Source: an uncultured delta proteobacterium
GTDB taxonomy: Bacteria; Myxococcota_A; Polyangia; Fen-1088
Assembly (NCBI GenBank): GCA_963755125.1
Contig: CAVWIP010000001.1
Coordinates: 128,001 to 192,000 of the forward strand
Length of the DNA: 64,000 bases
Reading direction: 5' to 3'
Positions 41,067 to 50,610 of the stretch are shown here, piece after piece (position 1 is the first letter of the stretch; the number at the start of each line of letters is the position of its first letter). Both the position numbers and the translations under genes were made by a program. Under the pieces are notes generated by a model, which saw only the letters and a program-made list of their open reading frames with translations, searched no databases and was not told where the DNA came from.

Positions 41067-43886
41067 GTGAGGCTAGCTGTCCTCTCTTGCACGCTCCTGG
41101 TGGCCGCCGGCTGTAGTCACAGATGGCCGAATGGCGCTCTGGGGGTGACGCAACCAGAGGCTGTAGCCGGGAGAGGAAAACCCGTGATCTTTCGTCTCGA
41201 CAACGGCCTGGAAGTGGTTCTCGAAGAAAACCACGCCGCGCCCGTAGTGGCATTTCAGGCCTGGGTCAAGATCGGGTCAGCCGATGAGCCCCCTGAACTG
41301 GCAGGCATCGCGCACGTATTCGAACACATGCTGTTCAAGGGCACCAAGCGGCGCGGCGTCGGCCAGATCGCGCGCGAGGTGGAGGGCTCTGGCGGCGAGA
41401 TCAACGCCTGGACCAGCCACGACGAAACCGTGTACCACCTCGTGCTGGCCAGTCGGTTCTTCGATGCCGGCCTCGACATCCTGGCCGACACGCTTCAGAA
41501 CGCCAGCTTCGACCCCGCCGAGTTTGATCGTGAGCGCCATGTCGTGCTCGAAGAGATCAAGCAAGGACTCGACGACCCGGAACGCCAGGCGGGGCAGGGC
41601 CTGTTTCGCGCGGCGTTCGACCAACACCCCTATGGGCGCCCCATCATCGGGACCGAGGCCACCGTGGGCCGCTTGCGCCGCGAAGATCTGGTGGCCTTCT
41701 TTTCCAAGTGCTACGTGGCCAGCAACCTGACGCTGGTCGTGGTTGGCGACTTCGACTCGGACAGTGCGCGCCACAAGATCACGCAGGCATTCTCTGCTCT
41801 TCCCGCGGGAGTCCCGGTTGCGGCCCGGCCCCGGCAAGCCGAGCAGTCCCAGCTGCGTGTGGTCGCGGCTGCGCGTGACGTGAAGGAAACCCAGCTCCTC
41901 CTGGGTTTTCACACCCCATCCATCAACCACGCCGACGTGCCCGCGCTCGACCTTCTGGCAGTGGCGCTCGGCCAGGGCGACAGCTCGCGGCTCAATCTTG
42001 AAGTCGTGCGCAACCGCCAACTCGTGACCAACACCTCGGCCTATCTGTTTTCCGCGCGCGATCCCGGACTCATGGTAGTGGCCGCCAGCCTTCCCCCGGG
42101 GCGTGTCGACGAGGCTGTTCGCGCCATGCTCGACGAGATTCTGCGCTTGTCGCACGAGGAAATGGCGCAGGGGGAGTTGGCCAAGGCGCGCACCATCTTG
42201 GAGAGTGATCGTGTTTACGACAAGGAGACGGTCCAGGGCCATGCGCGCAAGCTGGGCTTCTTCGCGGCCATCGCTGGCGACGTAAACTTCGAGGATCGCT
42301 ATCTTGCCAGCCTGCAGAAGCTGAGCCCGGCTGATCTGAGACGTGTCGCTGCCCAGTACCTGCGGGTGTCGAACCTGACGGTCTTCGCCCAGGTGCCAGA
42401 GCCAAAGACTGACAAGCAGAAGGCTAGGACGGAGAAGATCGCGGCCACTATCAAGAAGCTGGCCGAGTTGGCCGAGACCAGAGCCGACGCGCGCTTTGCC
42501 CGCGTGACCGCCGCTGGCGAGGGCGATCGCGTCGTCATGCACGTTTTTTCCTCCGGGCTCAAGCTCTTGGTTCTGCGTGACGCCTCGGTGCCCATCGTTG
42601 CCGTGCGCGCGACCTGGGTCGGTGGACTCCGCTACGAGGACGAACGATCCAACGGCATCTCCCACATGCTGGCCAGTCTGTTCTCGCGCGGCACCAAGAC
42701 CCGCAGCGCAGAGCAAATCATGAATGACGTCGAGGGCATGGCAGGCAGCATCTCGGGCTATTCGGGCCGCAACAGTCTGGGGCTGCAGGCCGAGTTCCTG
42801 TCGCGCTATCTCGATCGCGGCTTTGACTTGGTGGCGGACTGCCTGCTCAACGCCACTTTTTCCGACGAGGAGTTGGACAAGGAGAGGCGCATCGTCATCG
42901 ACGACATTCGGGCGCAGGAAGATAACCTGGGTCAGGTGACATTCCGCCTTTTCCATTCGGGCCTCTGGAAGCAGCACCCCTATCGCCTCGACCCTCTGGG
43001 CACGGCTGATTCCGTCGCCGGGTTCACCCGACGCAAGCTGCTGCAGTACTTCCACCGCTTCTACGCTATCAAGAATCTCACGCTTGCGGTGGTGGGGGAC
43101 GTGGATCCCAGCCGTGTGATTGCCAAGGTGGGGACGCTTTTTGCCGGCGCATCGGACGCCGGCGCCCAACTGCCTGAGATTGCAACCGAGGCGCCTCCAG
43201 AAGTGCCGAACCAGGTTTTCAAGTTCATGGCCAAGGAGCAGGCGCATGTGGTGCTCGGCTTCCCAGGCGTGACCTTCGCTAATCCTGACCGCTTTTCCTT
43301 GGAGGTGCTGGCGCATGTTCTGTCCGGGCAGGGGGGACGCTTGTTCAGTGAGATTCGCGAGAAGCGAGCCCTGGCCTATCGGGTGAGCGCCTTTTCCCTT
43401 GAAGGAATGGACCCAGGGTATTTCGCCGTCTACGTGGCGACCAGCCCAGAGAAAGTGGAAGAAGCCATTCACAGTATTCGGGAGGAGCTGAAGGCCGTGG
43501 TTGAGAACGGCATCTCCGCGGACGAATTGCAACGAGCGCAGCGCTATCTCATCGGAACCCACGCGATCGGGTTGCAGCGCAAGAGCGCGATCGCGGCCGC
43601 GCTGGCGTTCTATGAAGCCTATGGTCAGGGCTGGCAATCGTATCGCCTTTACGGCGACAACATCATGAAGGTCAAGGTCGCCGACGTGGCACGGGTGGCG
43701 CGCAAGTACCTCGACCCCAAGCGCGAGGTGACGGCCGTGGTCCAGCCGCCTGTGCAGACGCCCGGTGCGGCGCGGGCGGCGGCGCGTTCTGGCGGGAGCG
43801 TGGCCGGATCCCGCGGCCGATCGGGCGAGGCTGTTCCCACTCGGCAGCTACGATACGATCCGGACGCACGACCGATTTCCAGGTAG
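41067..43886 (+). CDS. M16 (pitrilysin/insulinase-like) zinc peptidase, probable lipoprotein
   Basis: GIAHVFEHMLFKGT (HxxEH), INAWTS, duplicated M16 halves; N-terminus ending LVAAGC. Confidence 0.9.
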   Translation: MRLAVLSCTLLVAAGCSHRWPNGALGVTQPEAVAGRGKPVIFRLDNGLEVVLEENHAAPVVAFQAWVKIGSADEPPELAGIAHVFEHMLFKGTKRRGVGQIAREVEGSGGEINAWTSHDETVYHLVLASRFFDAGLDILADTLQNASFDPAEFDRERHVVLEEIKQGLDDPERQAGQGLFRAAFDQHPYGRPIIGTEATVGRLRREDLVAFFSKCYVASNLTLVVVGDFDSDSARHKITQAFSALPAGVPVAARPRQAEQSQLRVVAAARDVKETQLLLGFHTPSINHADVPALDLLAVALGQGDSSRLNLEVVRNRQLVTNTSAYLFSARDPGLMVVAASLPPGRVDEAVRAMLDEILRLSHEEMAQGELAKARTILESDRVYDKETVQGHARKLGFFAAIAGDVNFEDRYLASLQKLSPADLRRVAAQYLRVSNLTVFAQVPEPKTDKQKARTEKIAATIKKLAELAETRADARFARVTAAGEGDRVVMHVFSSGLKLLVLRDASVPIVAVRATWVGGLRYEDERSNGISHMLASLFSRGTKTRSAEQIMNDVEGMAGSISGYSGRNSLGLQAEFLSRYLDRGFDLVADCLLNATFSDEELDKERRIVIDDIRAQEDNLGQVTFRLFHSGLWKQHPYRLDPLGTADSVAGFTRRKLLQYFHRFYAIKNLTLAVVGDVDPSRVIAKVGTLFAGASDAGAQLPEIATEAPPEVPNQVFKFMAKEQAHVVLGFPGVTFANPDRFSLEVLAHVLSGQGGRLFSEIREKRALAYRVSAFSLEGMDPGYFAVYVATSPEKVEEAIHSIREELKAVVENGISADELQRAQRYLIGTHAIGLQRKSAIAAALAFYEAYGQGWQSYRLYGDNIMKVKVADVARVARKYLDPKREVTAVVQPPVQTPGAARAAARSGGSVAGSRGRSGEAVPTRQLRYDPDARPISR

Positions 43887-43891
43887 GCCCC

Positions 43892-44599
43892 ATGCCAGCG
43901 GCAGCGGACAACCCCAGGAATTTGCTGACGAGCCTCATCCTCGTCTTCCCGTTGTTTCTCATCTATCAGGTGGGGATCCTGTTTACGCTTCCCGTGCTGA
44001 ACGGAGTGGACTTCGTCACAACGCTCCTTTTCCGTACCTTCGGGCTGACCCTGACGGGCTATCTCGGCTTTCTGGGAGGCGTTCTGGTTCTGTTTCTGGT
44101 AACCGTGATGGCGCTTGGTCGGCGCCAGCGTTTCAACGGCGCGGTGGTAATACCAGTGATACTCGAAAGCGTGGTCTGGGCACTCACCATGGGATCCTTG
44201 ATCGTCTTTGTCATGACCAGGATGCTTGGTATATCGCCCCGACTTGCGGGCGGGATCGAAGGGCAGGGACTGCTGACCCGCTTCGTGATGTCGCTGGGTG
44301 CGGGCGTGTACGAAGAAAGTGTGTTTCGCCTGGGTTTGCTCAGCGGACTGGCTCTTGTGCTAGAGAAGGTCGTGCGCGTCGCCCGGTGGGCTGCGCTGCT
44401 CGGGGCTCTGGTACTCTCGTCGGCGTTGTTCTCCGCGATGCACCATCTGCCGCCCTACGGTGACCCTCTTGCGATCAGCCCTTTCGTATTCAGAGTTCTG
44501 GCCGGGATCTTCTTCGGGCTGCTCTTCTGGCGGCGCGGGTTTGCGGTAGCCGTCTACACCCACGCCTTCTACGACATCTTCGTGCTCGTCATCAAGTAG
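43892..44599 (+). CDS. CPBP/Abi-family intramembrane glutamic peptidase
   Basis: EExxFR (YEESVFR), FxxxH (FSAMH), HxxxD (HAFYD); multiple TM segments. Confidence 0.85.
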   Translation: MPAAADNPRNLLTSLILVFPLFLIYQVGILFTLPVLNGVDFVTTLLFRTFGLTLTGYLGFLGGVLVLFLVTVMALGRRQRFNGAVVIPVILESVVWALTMGSLIVFVMTRMLGISPRLAGGIEGQGLLTRFVMSLGAGVYEESVFRLGLLSGLALVLEKVVRVARWAALLGALVLSSALFSAMHHLPPYGDPLAISPFVFRVLAGIFFGLLFWRRGFAVAVYTHAFYDIFVLVIK

Positions 44600-44626
44600 C
44601 GGCGAAAGCACCGGCCGGCCCGGTTG

Positions 44627-45436
44627 CTATCTGCGCTTCTTGGCAGCCGGCTTCTTGGCAGCCGGCTTCTTGGCGGCCGGCTTCTTGGCGGCCGGCTTCT
44701 TGGCAGCCGGCTTCTTGGCAGCCGGCTTCTTGGCGGCCGGCTTCTTGGCGGCCGGCTTCTTGGCGGCCGGCTTCTTGGCAGCCGGCTTCTTGGCGGCCGG
44801 CTTCTTGGCGGAAAGTTTCTGAGCGGGCACCGAAGCGCCTGCTTTTCGCGAAACCTCCGCTGGAGTCTCCCGCGCGGGTTGTGAGGGTTTGGCCTGCGCC
44901 GGGAGCTTCTTTTCCTTGGACTTGGTCCCGGCCGCTGGCTTGTTGGGAAGAGCGCTCGACGGAAGCCCATCATCCTCGGCCGCCAACGGCGATCCAGGGA
45001 TGTCCTTTCGATTGTGGACCAAGATGCGGCGCGCGTCTGCGAACGTGATCTCCACCTTGCTCTCCGAAACAATCTCGGAGACAAAGCCCTTGCCGAACTT
45101 CGGATGGAAGACGATCTGATTCTCACGATAGCAGTCCCGGAACTCGTACGGCTTGGCCTCTTTCTCACCGTGCTTCGCGAAGAACTCCTCCCACGTGAAC
45201 TTTTTCATCATCGCGCGCTTACGCGCTGCGACTGGCTCTGGGACGTCGTCTTCTGCCTCGCCGCGCGGTTTTCTAAACGAATGCACGTCTCCGCAAGGAT
45301 TGCATTGAACGCGGCGAATCTCGTCTTCGTACTTGGAGATTACGACGTGAGTCGTGTCAGCCTTGCATTTTGGGCAAAAGGCTTCTACATCCGATCCGAC
45401 TTCGTCGACCTCATCTTCGAACATGAAGTCCATCAT
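44627..45436 (-). CDS. Hypothetical protein: Zn ribbon, HPKFGKG domain and histone H1-like KKPAA tail
   Basis: CPKC...[14 protein letters not shown], (PAAKK)x11. Start uncertain (45424-45496). Confidence 0.75.
   Translation of the reverse strand: MMDFMFEDEVDEVGSDVEAFCPKCKADTTHVVISKYEDEIRRVQCNPCGDVHSFRKPRGEAEDDVPEPVAARKRAMMKKFTWEEFFAKHGEKEAKPYEFRDCYRENQIVFHPKFGKGFVSEIVSESKVEITFADARRILVHNRKDIPGSPLAAEDDGLPSSALPNKPAAGTKSKEKKLPAQAKPSQPARETPAEVSRKAGASVPAQKLSAKKPAAKKPAAKKPAAKKPAAKKPAAKKPAAKKPAAKKPAAKKPAAKKPAAKKPAAKKRR
44636..44809. repeat. 15-bp tandem repeat CTTCTTGGCRGCCGG, 11 full copies plus a partial copy
   Basis: Directly visible; encodes PAAKK on the minus strand. Confidence 0.97.
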
Positions 45437-45694
45437 CAAAACCCTGAATTCACGACAACTTCGGCTAGTAACACAGCTGACTGCTACGTGCAACAAATCA
45501 CGGGGCGTAACACTGGAAAAACATGGATTTTCTTCCTCTTGCCGCGAGGGCGCATCAAGTATTTGTAAATCATTTCAATTTGTTGCGAGATGAACCATCG
45601 ATGAAACATCAAGTAGAAGAAAACACCAGAGGGGAGCGCGGACGGGCGTGGAAACTCCTTGGGGCGTTGTTGTAGAAGCTGGTCTAGGCTGCAG

Positions 45695-46534
45695 ATGCGC
45701 TATTTCGACGCCAGAGTGATTGAGAACCGCTCGCTTGGAGGTGGTTACTTCGTTCTTCGCCTTGGGGGCTGTGAACCTCTCGCAGGCAGCAGGCCTGGTC
45801 AGTTCGTGATGCTTCGCGGCGATTGGGGACGCGACCCTCTCTTGCCGAGGCCGCTGTCGCTCTTGTCAGTGGCTCACGAGGGGCGAGCAGACCTTCTGGC
45901 GAAAGTGGTCGGCAGGGGCACTGCGTTGATGGAGCGGTCGCCCCCGGGAGCAAGAGTTTCGGTCCTCGGTCCCCTCGGCAACAGCTTTCCTGTGCCTTCG
46001 GCCAACATGACCGACTTGCTTGTGGCTGGCGGTGTCGGCTTGCCGCCACTCTTCATGCAAGCCGAGTCAGCTGCCCGCCTTGGCATGGCTGACGGTTCTG
46101 AGATGCTCTATGGCGGCCGGACTTCACGCGATCTGGTGCTCTTGGGCGAGATGCGCAGCCTGGGAATTGCCATGCATCTGGTCACCGAAGACGGCTCCCT
46201 CGGCCGTCGGGGCCGCGTGACGGATGAATTGGAAGCTCGGATCGAGCGCTGGCGCGCAGCGGATTCAGATCGGCGTTTGCGCATCATGTCCTGCGGTCCG
46301 CGCGAGATGCTTTGGGCCGTGGGGCGCATCGCACAGAATTGCGACATCGAGTGCTATCTATCGCTGGAGGAACAGATGGCCTGTGGTATCGGCGTCTGCC
46401 TGGGCTGCGCCGTGGCGGCACGGACGCGCCAGTACCGCTATGTTTGCAAGGAGGGTCCAGTCTTTCCCGCTGCCGAGGTGATGTCCCACGCGCCGGCCGC
46501 ATCGACCAGCGGAATGGAAGCGGGCGCCCCATGA
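45695..46534 (+). CDS. pyrK: Dihydroorotate dehydrogenase B electron transfer subunit
   Basis: PGQFVML, RPLS, GPLGN, AGGVG, CGP, MACGIGVCLGC...VCKEGPVF. Confidence 0.93.
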   Translation: MRYFDARVIENRSLGGGYFVLRLGGCEPLAGSRPGQFVMLRGDWGRDPLLPRPLSLLSVAHEGRADLLAKVVGRGTALMERSPPGARVSVLGPLGNSFPVPSANMTDLLVAGGVGLPPLFMQAESAARLGMADGSEMLYGGRTSRDLVLLGEMRSLGIAMHLVTEDGSLGRRGRVTDELEARIERWRAADSDRRLRIMSCGPREMLWAVGRIAQNCDIECYLSLEEQMACGIGVCLGCAVAARTRQYRYVCKEGPVFPAAEVMSHAPAASTSGMEAGAP

Positions 46535-47484
46535 CGTCCAGTTTGGACACTCGGGAAGAAAGAACGCCAACCCTGCGCACGAGCTGCGGCGGAATCGAGT
46601 TTCGCAACCCGGTGCTCACCGCCTCTGGCACCTTTGGTTATGGCCAGGAGTTTGACACGCTACTCTCCCTGCCCAGATTGGGCGGGCTGGTCACCAAGGG
46701 GATTTCGCCCAAGCCCCGCTTTGGCAACCCGCCCCCGCGCATCTGCGAGACGGCCGCCGGCATGCTGAACTCGATCGGATTGGAGAACGTCGGCGTCGAG
46801 GCGTTTGCTCTAGAGAAACTCCCGTTCCTGCGTTCCTGCGGAACCCGCGTCTTGGTCAACTTCTTCGGCACTACCTTCGACGAGTATGTCGACTGTGGCG
46901 CTCGACTGGCCGCGCTTGACGGGGTTGACGGCCTGGAGATGAACGTATCATGCCCAAACATCAAGGCGGGAGGCATCGAGTTTGGTCGCGATCCATCGGT
47001 CCTTGGTGATCTGGTGAGGGCTTGCCGGGCCGTGATACGCAAGCCCTTCTGGGTGAAGTTGACCCCCAATACCTCGGATATCGTGGCCTTGGCACGCGCG
47101 TGCGCCGACAACGGGGCGGACGCGGTTTCCATCATCAATACCATCACGGCAATGGCCATCGACGCGCGCACTCGCCGGCCGAAGATCGGGACGGTTTTCG
47201 GGGGGTTGTCCGGCCCGGCCATCAAGCCGGTTGCCCTGCGCATGGTCTATGAGGTGCATCGGGCGAGGATTCCCATACCCATCTGCGGGATAGGCGGCAT
47301 CCAGGACGGTACCGACGCCATTGAGTTCTTGCTCGCGGGAGCCAGCTGCGTGCAGGTCGGCACGCAGAGCTTCGTTGACCCTGCCTCGGCAGAACGGATC
47401 GTCCGCGAGATCGAATGCTACTGCCATGCTCAGGGCGTGAATGACGTGCGCGAACTCATCGGCGGCTTGGCGATTGGTCACTAG
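46531..47484 (+). CDS. pyrD: Dihydroorotate dehydrogenase B catalytic subunit
   Basis: NPVLTASGTFG, LNSIGLEN, NVSCPN, VKLTPN, GGLSGPAIKP. Confidence 0.95.
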   Translation: MTSSLDTREERTPTLRTSCGGIEFRNPVLTASGTFGYGQEFDTLLSLPRLGGLVTKGISPKPRFGNPPPRICETAAGMLNSIGLENVGVEAFALEKLPFLRSCGTRVLVNFFGTTFDEYVDCGARLAALDGVDGLEMNVSCPNIKAGGIEFGRDPSVLGDLVRACRAVIRKPFWVKLTPNTSDIVALARACADNGADAVSIINTITAMAIDARTRRPKIGTVFGGLSGPAIKPVALRMVYEVHRARIPIPICGIGGIQDGTDAIEFLLAGASCVQVGTQSFVDPASAERIVREIECYCHAQGVNDVRELIGGLAIGH

Positions 47485-47694
47485 CCGCCGGCCGACCCAT
47501 GGGAAAAGGTCACGATGAAAATGTCGCGTCGCGCTGGCAGATCTTCTATGGGGTTCTGCGCGCGGACACAGGGTTACGCCAAATTTGCCAACAGGAAATA
47601 CGCCGGAAACCTAGGATGGCTAATCTTCTTTCGGCGTCATTCACGAAGAAGATTGAAGCCAAGGCCAAGGCCCTCTAGTCTCTGCGCCCGGTGA

Positions 47695-48036
<342 letters not shown>

Positions 48037-48100
48037 TCAGAGGGATTGAGTGGTTCGCCGAACAAATATGCGCATCGAACGCGCAGGAGGAGCGTAGCAA

Positions 48101-49513
48101 ATGTCACCAGCCGAGGTTTTGAAACTGATCAAGGAACGCGGACTCAAGCTTGTCGACTACAAATTCGTCGATCTCTTGGGCCAGTGGCAGCACACCACCA
48201 TGCCGATCCACCGGATCACCGAAGACTGTTTCACCGAGGGATTTGGCTTCGATGGCAGCTCCATCCGCGGCTGGAAGGCCATCCACGAGTCCGACATGAT
48301 CTTTGTTCCCGACGCCAGCACCGCGTGCGTCGACCCATTCTTCAAGGAGCCGACCCTCTCGCTGATCTGTGACATCGTCGACGCCGTTACCCACCAGCCT
48401 TACAGCCGTGATCCGCGCTATGTTGCCAAGAAAGCCGAGGCTCACATCAAGCAGATCGGCCTGGGTGATTCCGTGTACCTGGGACCGGAGCCGGAGTTCT
48501 TCATCTTCGACGAGGTCCGTTTCGGCGAAGGGCCGAACCACTCCTTTTACAAGGTCGATTCGGTCGAGGGTCGCTGGAACAGCGCGAACGATGAAGAGGG
48601 CGGAAACCTCGGCTACAAGCCTGACTACAAACGCGGCTACTTCCCGGTGTCACCCAACGACACCCAGTACGACATTCGCGCTGAGATGGCGCTGACCCTG
48701 CAAGGGGTCGGGATCCCCATCGAGGTCTTCCATCACGAGGTGGCGACGGCCGGTCAGGCGGAACTGTCCATGCTCTTCGACAAGCTCACCATCATGGCCG
48801 ACCGAACCATGTGGTACAAGCACGTGGTCAAGAACGTCGCGCGTCGTAATGGCAAGACCGCGACCTTCATGCCCAAGCCGCTCTTCGGGGACAACGGCTC
48901 GGGGATGCACTGTCACCAGTCCATCTGGAAGGGTGAGAAGAACGTCTTTGCTGGCGACAAGTACGCCGGTTTGTCCGAGACGGCGCTCTATTACATCGGC
49001 GGTCTCATCAAGCACGCGCCGGCCCTTCTGGCCATTACGAACCCAGGGCTCAACAGCTATCGCCGCCTGGTGCCCGGTTTCGAAGCGCCCGTGAACCTGG
49101 CCTACTCGTCGCGTAACCGCTCGGCCGCCATTCGTGTGCCCGTGGCTGCCTCGGCCAAAGCCAAGCGCATTGAGTTCCGCTGCCCAGACCCCACGACCAA
49201 TCCGTACCTGGCTTTTGCCGCTATGCTGATGGCTGGTGTCGACGGCGTCGAGAACAAAATCAAGCCCGGCGACCCACTGGACAAGGACATCTACGCCCTA
49301 TCGCCCGAGGAAATGAAAGACGTTCCCAAGGCGCCCGGCTCGCTCGAACAGGCCATTGAAGCCCTCAAGAAGGATCACGCCTTCTTGCTCAAGGGCGACG
49401 TTTTCACCAAGGACGTCATCGACACGTGGATCGATTGGAAAGAGGAGAACGAGATCAAGCCATCGCGCCTACGCCCGACCCAGCTTGAGTTCGCACTGTA
49501 CTTCGACGCGTAG
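48101..49513 (+). CDS. glnA: Glutamine synthetase type I
   Basis: FDGSSI, GPEPEF, HHEVA, FMPKP, NGSGMH, RIEFR; adenylylation-site Tyr kept in DKDIY. Confidence 0.97.
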   Translation: MSPAEVLKLIKERGLKLVDYKFVDLLGQWQHTTMPIHRITEDCFTEGFGFDGSSIRGWKAIHESDMIFVPDASTACVDPFFKEPTLSLICDIVDAVTHQPYSRDPRYVAKKAEAHIKQIGLGDSVYLGPEPEFFIFDEVRFGEGPNHSFYKVDSVEGRWNSANDEEGGNLGYKPDYKRGYFPVSPNDTQYDIRAEMALTLQGVGIPIEVFHHEVATAGQAELSMLFDKLTIMADRTMWYKHVVKNVARRNGKTATFMPKPLFGDNGSGMHCHQSIWKGEKNVFAGDKYAGLSETALYYIGGLIKHAPALLAITNPGLNSYRRLVPGFEAPVNLAYSSRNRSAAIRVPVAASAKAKRIEFRCPDPTTNPYLAFAAMLMAGVDGVENKIKPGDPLDKDIYALSPEEMKDVPKAPGSLEQAIEALKKDHAFLLKGDVFTKDVIDTWIDWKEENEIKPSRLRPTQLEFALYFDA

Positions 49514-49537
49514 CGCACGCGCGGGTAGGCCGCTCAC

Positions 49538-49608
49538 GAAGGCGCTGTCGCAGCCGCGCACGGCAAGAATGCCTGTTTGCGCATGCGTCAGCGCCTTCTT
49601 GCATTTTT
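49538..49608 (+). terminator. Long hairpin after glnA, probable terminator
   Basis: GAAGGCGCTG (49538) pairs with CAGCGCCTTC (ends 49598), with an inner GCGCA/TGCGC stem; followed by TTGCATTTTT. Confidence 0.55.
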
Positions 49609-49716
49609 GAACCAGCCTTTGTCGGCAGAGATGCATCGAAAGCGGTTGCACAGAACGCAAGACCTAGCCTAGAGTTTTCCATCTAGGCTTACTTTCTTGC
49701 GGTTGGTTGAACCGGA

Positions 49717-50610
49717 ATGTCCACTCTGTCTCTCGGTGAGCGTGTCGTCCGGTCCGCTTGGCGGCTTGCGCCGCAGAGAACTCTATCCGGTTTCGTCGGA
49801 TGGGGAGCCAGGCGCACCTTGCCTGGGCCGGTTCGCTCTTTGGTGCTCAAGTCATTTGCCCGGAAGTACGACATCGATCTGGCTGAGGCCGAATGGCCGC
49901 TTGACCGGTACACGAGCCTGCAAGAGTTCTTCACGCGTAGGTTGCGCCCCGGAGCACGCTCGGTTGCATCGAGGGCCGACGCAGTCGTGGCGCCTTCCGA
50001 TGGCGTGGTGTGCGACGCCGGCGTGGTTTCGCAGGGCAAGTTGCTGGAGGCGAAGGGCTCAGTCTTCACCTTGTCCGATCTGCTCGCCGATGGCGAATTG
50101 GCGGCTCGACTGGACGGGGGGCCGTATCTGGTGACCTACCTTTCGCCGCGCGACTACCACCGTGTCCACGCGCCCGTGAGCGGCAAGATCACGCGGTGGA
50201 CGCACATTCCCGGGCGACTGTTCCCGGTGGGAAGACGGAGCGTTGCGCGAGAGACGGGGTTGTTCGCGCGCAACGAACGCTTCATCACTGTCATAAACGG
50301 CACGGCCGGCGTCTCCGTCGTGGTGATGGTCGCTGCTGTTGGCGTAGGGCACATTACGGCCAGCTACGATCTCGATGTGGCCACCCATGGTCCGGGGTTC
50401 GCGGCAGGCGGTGTGCGCAGCAAGAGCTTTCGCGATCCGAGAAGCATCGGGCGCGGGGATGAACTTGGGGTTTTCAACCTCGGCTCCACCACCATTGCCG
50501 TGTTCGAGCCGGGGCATGTGGTTCTCGAAAAGCTGGCGGAAGGGAGCGCAATACGCATGGGATCGGCGGTAGGAATGCTTGTCCCTTCGTCATCCGGTGT
50601 GTCGTCATGA
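49717..50610 (+). CDS. psd: Phosphatidylserine decarboxylase proenzyme
   Basis: FFTRRL, YLSPRDYHRVHAP, RNER, FNLGST self-cleavage motif. Confidence 0.92.
   Translation: MSTLSLGERVVRSAWRLAPQRTLSGFVGWGARRTLPGPVRSLVLKSFARKYDIDLAEAEWPLDRYTSLQEFFTRRLRPGARSVASRADAVVAPSDGVVCDAGVVSQGKLLEAKGSVFTLSDLLADGELAARLDGGPYLVTYLSPRDYHRVHAPVSGKITRWTHIPGRLFPVGRRSVARETGLFARNERFITVINGTAGVSVVVMVAAVGVGHITASYDLDVATHGPGFAAGGVRSKSFRDPRSIGRGDELGVFNLGSTTIAVFEPGHVVLEKLAEGSAIRMGSAVGMLVPSSSGVSS

Noticed and set aside
44636..44809. Short regular repeat considered as a CRISPR array
   Set aside because: The 15-bp units are contiguous with no spacers, lie in frame in a coding tail, and no cas genes are present.
45553..45615. 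Direct repeat CATCAAGTA (45553 and 45607) in the AT-rich divergent region before pyrK
   Set aside because: Only two copies of 9 bp and no recognisable PyrR attenuator; could be chance.
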